Source: Tenericutes bacterium MZ-XQ
GTDB taxonomy: Bacteria > Bacillota_I > Bacilli_A > Acholeplasmatales > Acholeplasmataceae
Direction: 5' to 3'
NCBI GenBank assembly: GCA_002838205.1
Contig: CP017950.1
Coordinates: 686,858-750,857 of the forward strand
DNA length: 64,000 bases
Both the position numbers and the translations under genes were made by a program. The notes under the pieces were generated by a model. The model made no database searches. It was given only the letters and a program-made list of their open reading frames with translations, and had not been told where the DNA came from. Shown here one piece after another: positions 9,968-20,487 of the stretch (positions are counted from its first letter, which is position 1; the number at the start of each line of letters is the position of its first letter).

Positions 9968-11331
9968 GACATATCAACATCCATTTTCTCTTTGATTAAT
10001 GCTCTTAATGCATCAAATGATTTGTATGTTATAGGTTTATCTTGATGTTTTTTAATATGGTCAATGAGTTTCCAAGATAGTTCGATTTCATCCCATCTAG
10101 TAAATAAGGATTTATGATGTCCAGTCGCATCTAGTAATAACTTCTCATAAGCTTCACTCATATTTCCAAATGCTTGACATGCTGCACAATACTCTAATTC
10201 AACTTCTTGAACATCATCAGAGAGTCCTGGAACTTTTGAGTTAAACCTTAAACCCACACCATCTTCAGGAGCGATTTTGATAAAGAGTTTGTTTGTAGAA
10301 AGTGGAAGATTCCATTTTCTTTGTTCTGAAGTTTCTTCAAACTCAATAATAATCACAGACTCTTTTTTATCTAACTTTTTACCAGTCATTAAATAAAATG
10401 GCACTCCTTTAAATCTAGGTGTATTAACAAATGCTTTTAGAAAAACAAAAGTTTCGGTTTCTGAATCTTTCTCAACTTTTTCTTCATCTAAATAGCCTTC
10501 ATACTGACCGAAAATTAAAGATTTTTCGTCAAATGTTATATGATCTAAAACCTTTACTTTTTCATTTTTAACATCTTCACTAAAATAAGATAAGGGCACT
10601 TCCATCGCAACCAAACTGACCATTTGTAACAAATGGGATTGCACCATATCTTTTAGTGCACCAGATTGATCATAATATCCGCCTCGATTTAAAATACCTT
10701 CTGTCTCTTTAACTATAATCTTTACATTTTTTATAGTTCTGTTATACCAAACCTCTTCAAAAATACGGTTTGCAAATCTAACCATTAAAATATTTTGAAT
10801 CATTTCTTTTCCTAAGTAATGATCAATTCTAAAAATTTGCTTTTCATCAAAAAACTCCCAGAGTTCTTGATTGATTTTTTTAGCACTTGTTAAGTCGTGT
10901 CCAAAAGGTTTTTCAAAGATAATCGATTGATTCAAGTTGTCTTTTTTGACTAATCCTGAATGATTAATATTTTTAGCTACATCATAAAATAATTCCGGAC
11001 CGACAGCCAAATAATACAGTTCTTTTGTGTCTTGGTTTCTATGCTCATCAAGCATTTCTTTAAGTGTATGATAGTCCTTGTTTTCAGTGATTTGCATTTG
11101 ATGATAAACGACAATATCTTCTAAAATTTTTAAATCTAATTTTTTACTTGCTGCATCATCCATATGCTTTAAATAAGCTTGATCATGATCAAATGGTTTT
11201 CTTCCTAAACAGACGACAAGTGTTTCTTTAGGTATTTTATTTTCTTTATATAATTTTGATATAGCTGGAAGCAACTTTCTAGAAGTTAAATCTCCTGTTG
11301 ATCCAAATATTGTAAAAATCAATTTTTTCAT
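9964..11331 (-). CDS. zwf: glucose-6-phosphate 1-dehydrogenase
   Basis: 455 aa with the G6PD signature RIDHYLGKE and an N-terminal GxxGDL NADP site. Confidence 0.9.
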   Translation of the reverse strand: MKKLIFTIFGSTGDLTSRKLLPAISKLYKENKIPKETLVVCLGRKPFDHDQAYLKHMDDAASKKLDLKILEDIVVYHQMQITENKDYHTLKEMLDEHRNQDTKELYYLAVGPELFYDVAKNINHSGLVKKDNLNQSIIFEKPFGHDLTSAKKINQELWEFFDEKQIFRIDHYLGKEMIQNILMVRFANRIFEEVWYNRTIKNVKIIVKETEGILNRGGYYDQSGALKDMVQSHLLQMVSLVAMEVPLSYFSEDVKNEKVKVLDHITFDEKSLIFGQYEGYLDEEKVEKDSETETFVFLKAFVNTPRFKGVPFYLMTGKKLDKKESVIIIEFEETSEQRKWNLPLSTNKLFIKIAPEDGVGLRFNSKVPGLSDDVQEVELEYCAACQAFGNMSEAYEKLLLDATGHHKSLFTRWDEIELSWKLIDHIKKHQDKPITYKSFDALRALIKEKMDVDMS

Positions 11332-12230
11332 TTCTTCTTGTAGACGGCGTGACCACCGAACTCCTTTCTCATTGCTGCGATAACTTTTTCCTGAAAACGT
11401 AAATCGTCTCTTGATTTATATCTTGTAAATAATGATTGGGTAATAATTGGTAGAGAGACTTTAAGTTTTAAGGCTTCTTCAATCATCCACATGCCTTCAC
11501 CAGAATCATCAACTCTTCCTTCTATTTCACTTAGATCAAGATCTTCTTCAAATGCACCTTTTGCATGCTTAAGTAAATTGGATTCAATGATGGATCCATG
11601 ATTCCACATATCAGTGATTTGTTTATAATCAAATTCAAATGGTGATTGCTCAAGTAAATCCAGTCCTTCTGCAATGGCTTGCATCATTCCATATTCAATC
11701 CCATTATGAACCATTTTAACATAATGACCTGCTCCTGGTTTACCTACATGCGCATATCCACCTTCAGTAGATACATCTTTAAGAACTTGAGATACATAAT
11801 TTATAGGTTCTTTTTCTCCACCAGCCATGAGACACATACCATGTCTCGCTCCAAAAGTACCTCCAGATGTTCCTAAATCAATAAAATCAATTTGCTTTGA
11901 TTTTAAATAATGGAATCTTCTGATTGAATAATTAAAATTAGAATTACCAGCATCAATTAAAATATCATGAGGTTTCAAAAAAGGTAATAAATCTTCAATG
12001 ACTTTATCAACTATTTGATTTGGTATGAGCATCCATAAGACAACGCGTTCCTCTCTATTTTTAAATAAAACATCTAGCGAAGTCGTTGTCATGAAATCTT
12101 TGGCTAATTGATCTACAATTTCTTTATTCGTATCATAACCCATCACTTCATAGCCATGTTCTTTAAGATTATATACCAAGTTAGACCCCATTTTACCTAA
12201 TCCTATACATCTGATTTTCATATATTTCAT
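11328..12230 (-). CDS. gnd: 6-phosphogluconate dehydrogenase, short (YqeC/Gnd-like, decarboxylating) form
   Basis: 300 aa, N-terminal GLGKMGSNLVYNL Rossmann and C-terminal 6PGD domain. Translationally coupled to zwf. Confidence 0.75.
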   Translation of the reverse strand: MKYMKIRCIGLGKMGSNLVYNLKEHGYEVMGYDTNKEIVDQLAKDFMTTTSLDVLFKNREERVVLWMLIPNQIVDKVIEDLLPFLKPHDILIDAGNSNFNYSIRRFHYLKSKQIDFIDLGTSGGTFGARHGMCLMAGGEKEPINYVSQVLKDVSTEGGYAHVGKPGAGHYVKMVHNGIEYGMMQAIAEGLDLLEQSPFEFDYKQITDMWNHGSIIESNLLKHAKGAFEEDLDLSEIEGRVDDSGEGMWMIEEALKLKVSLPIITQSLFTRYKSRDDLRFQEKVIAAMRKEFGGHAVYKKK

Positions 12231-12235
12231 CCTTT

Positions 12236-12853
12236 CTAAGCTTCATCCCATATATGCCATAAATAATGGGAAACGATTGAACGATATGGTTTCCATTTCT
12301 GGCTATATGTTTCTATTTCTTCAAAAGTCATTTCTGGTCGATTTAACAATTTTTTAAGTGCGTTTCTAAGCCCTAAATCTAATGTGGAAAAAACATCCAT
12401 CCGACCCATCGAAAACATAAGAAACATTTGTGCTGTCCATACACCAATACCTTTAACTAATACAAGTTCATCAATAATTTCTTGGTCAGACATTTTTTCA
12501 AACTGATCAAAATTAAGTGTTCCATTTAGAACATGTTCTGCTAAAGATTTCAAGTACTTTATCTTTTGTCTTGAAAGACCAATATTTCTAAGTTTTTCGT
12601 CTTCCATGACAAGCATATGTTCAGGTTTATTGTCATGATTCATTAACTCTTTAAACCTATTTGATATGGCTTGTGCAGCTTTAGTTGATAACTGTTGAGC
12701 AATAATAGTTTCAACCAACGATTGATAATAATCCTTAGACACATGAACGATTATTTCCCTTTTCTTTTCAAATAGAGGTGCCAAATTTGGATCCTTTATC
12801 ATTAAAGATTTAATTTCTTCACTTTCATTGTCTAACACAATTTTTGATCGCAT
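12236..12853 (-). CDS. DNA-3-methyladenine glycosylase II / HhH-GPD base-excision repair protein
   Basis: HhH-GPD motif region (LVLVKGIGVWTAQMFLMF...D). Confidence 0.65.
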   Translation of the reverse strand: MRSKIVLDNESEEIKSLMIKDPNLAPLFEKKREIIVHVSKDYYQSLVETIIAQQLSTKAAQAISNRFKELMNHDNKPEHMLVMEDEKLRNIGLSRQKIKYLKSLAEHVLNGTLNFDQFEKMSDQEIIDELVLVKGIGVWTAQMFLMFSMGRMDVFSTLDLGLRNALKKLLNRPEMTFEEIETYSQKWKPYRSIVSHYLWHIWDEA

Positions 12854-12973
12854 GCTTATACCTCTTTATTTTGATATTCATATTATATCATGTTAAGAAC
12901 TCATACACCACGATTTCAAAAAGGAAAATAAATGTTAAAATAAGACTATAGAATTATGAAAGAGGTTTTAATC

Positions 12974-14551
12974 ATGAAATTTGCAAACCCTAAAAGTGCC
13001 TTCATCAAACCTAAATTAGGTGTGATTGCGACCAGCGAACCAAATGCTGCTCAAGCAGGTTTAGACATATTAAAAAAAGGTGGTAATGCCATTGATGCAG
13101 CTATTGCTACCGCTGCAGCACTCACTGTAACAGAGCCCACAAGTAATGGAATTGGTGGCGATAATTTTGCGATTGTTTGGCATGAAGGAAAACTCATCGG
13201 TATGAACTCATCTGGTCACTCTCCTGAACTTTTAAGTCTTGAAAATCTATATAAAAAAGGATTAAAAGAAATACCAACTTTTGGATTTGTACCAGTGACT
13301 GTTCCTGGTGTTGTTAAGGGTTGGGCTGAACTTTCAAAGAAGTATGGAAAGCTTGATTTTAAAGAAGTTCTAGCACCGGCAATTAAACTTGCGAAAGATG
13401 GATTTAAGATTGCACCTACAGTTCAATACTATTGGGATAGAGCATATAAAATCTATGAGAAAAAATTGAAAGATCCAATGTTTCAATATTGGTTTGACAC
13501 ATTTAAAAATGTGCCTAAACTAGGAGATACTGTATATTTAAAAGATCATGCAAAAACTCTTGAAGATATTGCGAATACCTATGGTGATACATTTTATAAA
13601 GGCGATATCGCCGATCAAATCGATGCTTTTTCAAAAAAATATCAAGGTTTTATAAGAAAAACTGATTTAGAAAAACACGAAGTAGAATGGGTAAAGCCTA
13701 TTTCATCTAAATACAGAGGGTATGATATCCTTGAACTTCCACCTAACACTCAAGGCATTATCGGCTTAATGGGATTAAACATACTTGAAAATGATAATGT
13801 AAATCAAAAATCACCCTTAGATATTTATCATACACAAATCGAATCAACAAAACTTGCATTTAGCGATGGACTTAAATATATCGCAGATCCAAAAAGCATG
13901 AATGTGACCATTGAAGAGCTATTGTCTAAATCCTATGCTAAAAAGCGTTATGAATTGATCAAGGACAATGCTATAAATCACACTTTTGGTCATCCAAAAC
14001 AAGCAGGTACTGTATATTTAGCAACTTCGGATTCAGCCGGTAATATGGTATCATTTATTCAAAGTAATTATATGGGCTTTGGTTCAGGATTGGTTGTTCC
14101 AAATACAGGGATAACACTACAAAATCGCGGACACAATTTTTCAGTCGATCCAAATTCTGCTAATGTTTTAGCTCCAAATAAAAAACCTTATCACACTATT
14201 ATTCCTGGATTTATTATGAAAGATGATAAACCTATTGGACCATTTGGCGTCATGGGTGGGTTCATGCAGCCACAAGGTCATCTGCAAGTCATTTCAAGCA
14301 TGATCGATTTAAATTTGAACCCTCAAGAAGCTCTTGATAGACCTAGATATCAATGGGTTAAAGATCAAACGATTTATGTTGAGCCATCTCTTGATAAAAA
14401 CATTGTTGAGGGATTGTCAAAAAAAGGACATACGATTGAAATTAAAGAGGACTTAGGCTTATTTGGAAGAGGACAAATCATTTTAAACTTAAATGAACGC
14501 ATATATGTTGGTACAGAAAAAAGATGTGATGGTACAATTGCATATATCTAA
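12974..14551 (+). CDS. ggt: gamma-glutamyltransferase
   Basis: GGT family with catalytic Thr context TVYLATSDSAGNMVS. RBS AAAGAGG precedes the ATG at 12974 (ORF track begins at 12956). Confidence 0.85.
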   Translation: MKFANPKSAFIKPKLGVIATSEPNAAQAGLDILKKGGNAIDAAIATAAALTVTEPTSNGIGGDNFAIVWHEGKLIGMNSSGHSPELLSLENLYKKGLKEIPTFGFVPVTVPGVVKGWAELSKKYGKLDFKEVLAPAIKLAKDGFKIAPTVQYYWDRAYKIYEKKLKDPMFQYWFDTFKNVPKLGDTVYLKDHAKTLEDIANTYGDTFYKGDIADQIDAFSKKYQGFIRKTDLEKHEVEWVKPISSKYRGYDILELPPNTQGIIGLMGLNILENDNVNQKSPLDIYHTQIESTKLAFSDGLKYIADPKSMNVTIEELLSKSYAKKRYELIKDNAINHTFGHPKQAGTVYLATSDSAGNMVSFIQSNYMGFGSGLVVPNTGITLQNRGHNFSVDPNSANVLAPNKKPYHTIIPGFIMKDDKPIGPFGVMGGFMQPQGHLQVISSMIDLNLNPQEALDRPRYQWVKDQTIYVEPSLDKNIVEGLSKKGHTIEIKEDLGLFGRGQIILNLNERIYVGTEKRCDGTIAYI

Positions 14552-14557
14552 AAAAAT

Positions 14558-14590
14558 AACACTCGGGATTTTCCGAGTGTTTTATTATCA
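14558..14590. terminator. bidirectional rho-independent terminator between convergent ggt and anti-sigma genes
   Basis: ACACTCGG-GATTTT-CCGAGTGT hairpin flanked by A-run and T-run. Confidence 0.7.
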
Positions 14591-14663
14591 TAAGAATGTA
14601 ACGATCAAAACGGTAAATAGAATAAGCATATCAACAATAACGATAATCATTTTTCTATTTATT

Positions 14664-15869
14664 TTAAACATTTAAAGAGATATACTCGCTTTCGCCATTT
14701 GTATCTTCTTCATCATCATCTTCCTCATCCTCATCTTCCGTTTCATCGTCCTCTGTATCTTCTTCGTCTTCATCTTCTTCATCCTCTTCTTCGTCATCTT
14801 CTTCATCATCTTCATCATTTTCACGTCGAACTTCATACTCGTACTCATCTTCATCATCGTCCTCATCTACAATGAGTCTATATGAAGATGTTTGTGTGAT
14901 TTCATCAAAAATGACATAAACTTCAATCTCTCCACTACGCTCGATACCATCTATAAATGATTCGAACTCTATGGCAAGTAAAGAGTTACCGTCAACTACT
15001 TCATACTCAAAAGTGTAGGTGCCATAATTATTACCATCTACAAATTCTAAAGTGATTTCTTTTTCGTTATTATCAGTCTCTATCTCAATAACTGATTCTT
15101 CTACAACTTTACCGTTGACGACAACTTTGAAAGAAAACTTAGTTTCATCTTTTTCTTCTTTATATGATGTACTTACATAATTCTGTTCATCAATAGATGA
15201 TTTAAAACTATATTTTTCTTCATTTTCTTCAAACTCTTTAGATCCAAAGACATCATATGTTTTACTTCCATAGATTAATATACCTTCGATGTCATATGAT
15301 GACTCATCACCATCTATTTCTTCGTTGATCATATTGTAGTGCATAACATAAGTAATGACTGAACGCGTTAAATCACTCGTCTTAAACTCTGTTTTATATG
15401 CATATTCAGCTAACTCTGATTCACTTTCAACAATCATAAATCCATTATCATCATTTAAAAATCTTTCTGCTAGTTCTAAATATGGTAGCACGTGATCAAT
15501 CACTGGATTTGTGGGTATAGTGTTTAATCTTTGAACAGATACACTCGTCAATAAGTTTTGCGTTTCTGTGTGTGATAAAATTGCAGCTGTTGACATCGCA
15601 CTAAAAGATACTACTTGGTTATCTCCAGAAAATGTATATGGCTGTGTTGGATTTGTTGGTTGATTTGGCTGCAATAAGAAAGAAAATATTACTACAAAAA
15701 CGACCATAAATGATGCTAATGCAAACCCAAATTTTCTTTGGATACTAAACCCATGAGCTTTCACAGGTTTTTCAGATGGTTTTAAATTGAACTTAGATAA
15801 ATCAAGTTGTTCAGGGACATGACGTTCAATTTCTTGTTTTAAAACTTTTTTAATTTCATTTTTACGCAT
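14664..15869 (-). CDS. membrane-anchored anti-sigma factor. Its ectodomain is paralogous to the upstream lipoprotein and it has a poly-Asp/Glu C-terminal tail
   Basis: Immediately downstream of the ECF sigma gene. N-terminal cytoplasmic segment, one TM helix (FGFALASFMVVFVVIFSFLL). About 45 C-terminal residues are almost entirely D/E. Confidence 0.6.
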   Translation of the reverse strand: MRKNEIKKVLKQEIERHVPEQLDLSKFNLKPSEKPVKAHGFSIQRKFGFALASFMVVFVVIFSFLLQPNQPTNPTQPYTFSGDNQVVSFSAMSTAAILSHTETQNLLTSVSVQRLNTIPTNPVIDHVLPYLELAERFLNDDNGFMIVESESELAEYAYKTEFKTSDLTRSVITYVMHYNMINEEIDGDESSYDIEGILIYGSKTYDVFGSKEFEENEEKYSFKSSIDEQNYVSTSYKEEKDETKFSFKVVVNGKVVEESVIEIETDNNEKEITLEFVDGNNYGTYTFEYEVVDGNSLLAIEFESFIDGIERSGEIEVYVIFDEITQTSSYRLIVDEDDDEDEYEYEVRRENDEDDEEDDEEEDEEDEDEEDTEDDETEDEDEEDDDEEDTNGESEYISLNV

Positions 15870-15871
15870 AA

Positions 15872-16402
15872 TTATCCCCTCACTTTCTTCATTTTATCCA
15901 GGGCTTGTTGATAAAGCCAGGTCACTGTACCAGTTGGCTTATCAACTATTTTTGCGATATCTTTATGTTTCATATCTTCAACAATTCTTAATAATACAAT
16001 CTCTTTTTCTTCATCAGTTAAAACACTTAACAAGCGATTAAACTGATCTTTTTGATCTGGCGTTTCTTCATGAGATGTCAAAACTTCATCATAATCAACT
16101 TCATCATAATGAACTAACTTTTGCTCTCTTCTATAGGTATCTAAAGCAAGATTTTTTGATATCATCAGAAGCCAGTTATAAAAGTTTGTTTTTGCCTGAT
16201 ACTGGTCAATCTTATCTAGCATTTTTAAATATGCGTCTTGCATGATATCTTGAGTCATACTGTGATCTTTTAAAATATTATAAATGACAATGTAAACACC
16301 TTTTTTTGTGAGGTTGTAAACATACTCAAAAGCTTGTTCATCTCGTTTTTTTAATTGTTCAATGATTTTCTGTTTTATGACCATGTTTTTCGCCCTTTGC
16401 AA
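15872..16402 (-). CDS. ECF-type RNA polymerase sigma-70 factor
   Basis: Sigma-70 region 2 (DIMQDAYLKM) and region 4 HTH (EKEIVLLRIVEDMKHKDIAKIVDKPTGTV). Confidence 0.8.
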   Translation of the reverse strand: MQRAKNMVIKQKIIEQLKKRDEQAFEYVYNLTKKGVYIVIYNILKDHSMTQDIMQDAYLKMLDKIDQYQAKTNFYNWLLMISKNLALDTYRREQKLVHYDEVDYDEVLTSHEETPDQKDQFNRLLSVLTDEEKEIVLLRIVEDMKHKDIAKIVDKPTGTVTWLYQQALDKMKKVRG

Positions 16403-16483
16403 TTAAATTAAGGAAGGATGAGACCTTCCTTAACATAATTCTATCACAAGTTGTTTACATATGTTGTAAATACGTTTTAACGA

Positions 16484-17566
16484 TTATACTTCAGTTTCTT
16501 CTTCGTCTTCTACTTCATCTTCGCTGTCGTCTTCATCGTCATCATCTTCTTCTTCATCTTCATCATCATCATCGTCGTCATCGTCACGATCTTTTTCATA
16601 CTCATAATCAGCTTCACCATCTTTATCATCATCTAATACGATAAAATATGAGGTTTCGCCAGTAACTTCATCAACAACTACATAAGCTTTAATTTCGCCT
16701 TCTTCTTCAACGCCATCTATTTGAGTTTCATACTCAACTTTAATGACATTATCGCCATCTTCATTTTCGTACTTAAACTCATAATAGTATTCGTTACCAT
16801 TCATGAACTGTTCTAATTCAACTTTGATTTCGTTATCTTCTATTTCAATTTTGATTTCTGATTCACTAAATACTTCACCGTCACGAACTTCTTCTATAGA
16901 GAATTTGGTTTCATCTTCTTCAACTTTATATTCTGATCGAACATAATTAAGTTCATCGATATAAGAAATAAATTCTAGTTTTTCTTCGTCAGCTTCTATT
17001 TCCTTTTCACCTTTGACAGTAAACGTTTGACTACCATAAACTAATATACCATTGATAATGTACTCTTGTTCGTCATCTGGTTCATCAGCTTCATCTTCTT
17101 CTTCAACTTCATCAGTTTCATCTGTTTCATCCTCTAAATCACTTTCTAAAACTTGATTATAATATAATGTGTATGTTTGCGCTTCTCCTAGTAAATCTGA
17201 TGTTTGAAACACAATCATAAACTCATAATCTACATTATCAGAAGTTTGAACTGTAGCGTTAAATCCTTGATCACCTGACATAAATTTTTCAATAAGTTCT
17301 AAATAAGGTTCTACAACTTCTACTGGTTCTACAACTTCTTCTACTGTATCAAGTGTTTGTGATCCACTTAAAAGTGAAAATCCTGATTCTTTTTCAACTA
17401 GTGTATCACCAGTTTGACTTTGCAATAATGAAGAGGTTGCTAAAGCTTGATATGAGAACACATCTTCATCACTACTTAAACTTAAACTGAGTGTACTGCC
17501 TTGTGTACATGCTCCTAAAAATAATAATCCAAATATAAATAATGTAATACCTAACATTTTTTTCAT
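16484..17566 (-). CDS. acidic lipoprotein. Paralog of the anti-sigma ectodomain with a poly-Asp C-terminal tail
   Basis: Lipobox LFLGAC signal peptide. Shares the GILVYGSxTxxVxGxKExxxxEEKxxFxSxIDExNYV...YxFxYE block with 14664-15869 and 57786-58781. Ends in a run of 13 Asp and other D/E. Confidence 0.6.
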   Translation of the reverse strand: MKKMLGITLFIFGLLFLGACTQGSTLSLSLSSDEDVFSYQALATSSLLQSQTGDTLVEKESGFSLLSGSQTLDTVEEVVEPVEVVEPYLELIEKFMSGDQGFNATVQTSDNVDYEFMIVFQTSDLLGEAQTYTLYYNQVLESDLEDETDETDEVEEEDEADEPDDEQEYIINGILVYGSQTFTVKGEKEIEADEEKLEFISYIDELNYVRSEYKVEEDETKFSIEEVRDGEVFSESEIKIEIEDNEIKVELEQFMNGNEYYYEFKYENEDGDNVIKVEYETQIDGVEEEGEIKAYVVVDEVTGETSYFIVLDDDKDGEADYEYEKDRDDDDDDDDEDEEEDDDDEDDSEDEVEDEEETEV

Positions 17567-17741
17567 GGTATCTACCTTCCTTTCACTATATAAACGAACA
17601 AGTCTTTGTTTTTGTTGGTAAAAAATTGAATTTTTTTCATTTTTTATTTTTTTTACCTTAACAAAGCGGTTTATTTTTTTTAGATTTTGATAAGAGCAGA
17701 TAAAATGTTATCATAGAATTAGAAAATGTGGAGGTTACCCT

Positions 17742-18260
17742 ATGTATAAATTAATAAAACCCACGATTGGATACAAAGAAAAATACCTTGATTATCTAAA
17801 AGACTGGGGTGATGAGTCTATGACTCCACTGACATCAGATCTTAAGGATATGTCATATGAAGAACTCTTAAAATATTTTTATGATGCTGAGCATGATATT
17901 AATTTACCTAGAGGATATGTACCTGATTCAAACTATTTCTTTGTTGATGAAAAAGATAATATTATTGGATTTGTAAACATAAGACATTATCTAAATGACA
18001 TACTCCTAAAAATTAGAGGACATATCGCCTATGGTATTCGTCCATCAATGAGAGGTAAAGGTTTATCTAAAAAAATGTTAGGTCTTGCTCTAAAAAAAGC
18101 GAAAGAAAAAGGTATCACTCGAGTGCTAATGGTTTGTGACAAGTCAAATGTAGCCTCAGCAAAAACTATTATCGCTAATGGAGGAATCCTCGAAAATGAA
18201 GTGTATGATGTTACTGACCATGAGATCATCCAGAGATATTGGATAGATTTATCATATTAA
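17742..18260 (+). CDS. GNAT family acetyltransferase
   Basis: Acetyl-CoA binding motif RGKGLSKKMLGLALKKAKEKGI. Confidence 0.65.
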   Translation: MYKLIKPTIGYKEKYLDYLKDWGDESMTPLTSDLKDMSYEELLKYFYDAEHDINLPRGYVPDSNYFFVDEKDNIIGFVNIRHYLNDILLKIRGHIAYGIRPSMRGKGLSKKMLGLALKKAKEKGITRVLMVCDKSNVASAKTIIANGGILENEVYDVTDHEIIQRYWIDLSY

Positions 18261-18276
18261 ATCCTATACAAAAAGA

Positions 18277-18308
18277 AAACACGCAAAATGGGTTGCGTGT
18301 TTTTCTTA
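18277..18308 (+). terminator. rho-independent terminator
   Basis: ACACGCAA-AATGGG-TTGCGTGT hairpin followed by TTTTCTT. Confidence 0.65.
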
Positions 18309-18386
18309 TATCCGGAGAAAGTTGGATGTATCAATACATTGACAAGATGTTTGATAATTTAATTTTATCAAAGTGTTTTTTTATTG

Positions 18387-19610
18387 TCACATGATTTGCT
18401 CTTGTTTTTTTTGCTTTTGTTGATATCTTTTTTCTAAGGCATAAACAACACCCAATAATAATACACCAATTATAAACGTCATAGCTGACGAATCAAATAG
18501 TAACAGGGCACTTCTTTCATATAAGAATCCACCCAATAACGGCCCTAAAACCATACCAATGGATAAGAATGATTGTCTAACACCCATGACCCTACCATAT
18601 TTGCCTTCTTGTGCATGTAAAGAAATATAGTTTTGTTCTAAAGGTAGATAAACGGCTTTAGCCACCACATAGATCATATATATCGTGTATGCTGCTAATA
18701 AAAAATTAGAAGCTCTAAACACGTAAAATACAATAGCTGCACTTAATAGTTGAATCACAGCAATTGCAACAAGTTGCTTTTTTAATCTTGAGAAAAATGG
18801 AACAATAAAAACACTGGTTACAACCGATACAACCCCAGTTGCAAACACAAATGTTCCTAAATCTTGTGGAGAATATCCTAGTTCATCAAAATAAACATCG
18901 ATGTATTTACTAAGATTTGTTGCACCTATTGTCATAAATGTAAGTGAGATTAGAAAGAATAACAAACTAAGTCTAATATGAGCAACCTCTTTTAAGTTTG
19001 TAAATATATTTCCTTTTTTAGGTGTCTGGGCATCGAATTTAGAATCCACAAACGTAAAATATAAAAAGATTGCATATATCGAATTAAAGATAGCTTGTAT
19101 TAAAAAGATTTTGCTATAGTTATCAATATTTAGAAAATCAACAATGGTATCATTTGTACTCATAAACCCACCTAAATAATATCCCATAGATGCACCTAAA
19201 GTTAATGCTGCAGCTGCATATGCTAAATGTTTTGCTCTTTGCTCTTTATTAGATAGTTCAATGATGTGACTTGTTAAGAGTGTAATTGCTGCTACAGCTC
19301 CTATACCACTTAAAAATCTAAAGAAAATCATGCCATATTGATTACCAACATATCCAAAAAATAATTGACCAATACTATATAATATAATTCCTATGAGAAT
19401 ATATTTCTTTTTCTTACCTGCATCACCTAATGTCCCCCAAATAGGTCCGCCAATCATTAGACCAAAGCTCATGGACGCAAAAAATACACCAAACATATAA
19501 TCTGGTATATCTAAAGATCTTACAAATGCGGGAGTGACTGGATGACCAATGTTATGTGCAATTCCTTGTATTAAAAAATATGAAATTGTTATGATAAGTG
19601 ATTTTTTCAT
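18387..19610 (-). CDS. MFS transporter
   Basis: 407 aa with about 12 predicted TM helices and MFS-like loop motifs. Confidence 0.7.
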   Translation of the reverse strand: MKKSLIITISYFLIQGIAHNIGHPVTPAFVRSLDIPDYMFGVFFASMSFGLMIGGPIWGTLGDAGKKKKYILIGIILYSIGQLFFGYVGNQYGMIFFRFLSGIGAVAAITLLTSHIIELSNKEQRAKHLAYAAAALTLGASMGYYLGGFMSTNDTIVDFLNIDNYSKIFLIQAIFNSIYAIFLYFTFVDSKFDAQTPKKGNIFTNLKEVAHIRLSLLFFLISLTFMTIGATNLSKYIDVYFDELGYSPQDLGTFVFATGVVSVVTSVFIVPFFSRLKKQLVAIAVIQLLSAAIVFYVFRASNFLLAAYTIYMIYVVAKAVYLPLEQNYISLHAQEGKYGRVMGVRQSFLSIGMVLGPLLGGFLYERSALLLFDSSAMTFIIGVLLLGVVYALEKRYQQKQKKQEQIM

Positions 19611-19694
19611 TGGTGCCTCCTATTGCTAAACATATTATAACATTACATACCTCTTTTTGATTTTTATTCGCAAAAAAAATGAGCTCAAAATCGA

Positions 19695-20237
19695 TTAAAG
19701 ATGCTGGCTCATATATGCTTGATATGCTTGATGTACTTTTTTTGCTAATTGTTCTATATGCTCTGATTCATTATATAGAATTAAATCGATTCGTTTGATA
19801 TGTTCTTCCTTAAATACTTCTCTATCATTTAAAATCCTTTTTTCGATCAGATTAGGATCATCTAATCGGTCATGCATTCTTTTTCTTCTAATCAATTCAG
19901 ATGCTTTTACATATACAACAAATACATCTTTTTCTAATTGATCAATAAGAGTATTTGCTCCATTGGGATCAACAATGATGATCCCTTGTTTAAAAACATC
20001 TTTCTTTTGTATACCATAATAGTTTTGATTATACTGTGTCACTTCAAAAAAACCTTTGTTTTCAATTAAAGATTCGAACTGATCTTTACTTAAAAAATGA
20101 TAGTCTATACCATCTTTTTCACCCACGCGTTTATCTCTTGTGGTTGTAGTGACGCATTTCTTATATCCAAAGTGGTTGTAAAGAGTTTTTGCTAATTCAG
20201 TTTTTCCGCTTGCGCTAGCTCCGACACATACGATCAT
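19695..20237 (-). CDS. guanylate kinase family protein
   Basis: P-loop GASASGKT and guanylate kinase signature TTTRDKRVGEKDGIDYHF. Likely start at an internal Met. Confidence 0.6.
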   Translation of the reverse strand: MIVCVGASASGKTELAKTLYNHFGYKKCVTTTTRDKRVGEKDGIDYHFLSKDQFESLIENKGFFEVTQYNQNYYGIQKKDVFKQGIIIVDPNGANTLIDQLEKDVFVVYVKASELIRRKRMHDRLDDPNLIEKRILNDREVFKEEHIKRIDLILYNESEHIEQLAKKVHQAYQAYMSQHL

Positions 20238-20487
20238 TTGGTTACCTCGTGTTCTATACATAGTTTGTTTTATCTCTATTTATTGTAACATGAACAAGAT
20301 GTTTATTGGTGTTGATTTTTATCTTTTTCAACTTAAAATATATCGCATTTACAGAACATCAAAACCGCTTTTTACATATGATGATATCTATGCTCTTAAG
20401 CTTTAATAACATTCATAAAACAATCTTATGCTTTGATCTATATTTTTATCATCACCAAAATCACAAGTGATCTTAACATTTCATGTA

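Noticed and set aside
14672-14866. 64-aa Lys/Met-rich ORF (MRTMMKMSTSMK...) on the minus strand
   Set aside because: It lies entirely within the poly-Asp/Glu coding repeat of the anti-sigma gene. It is the same GA-rich repeat read in another frame, so it is an artefact.
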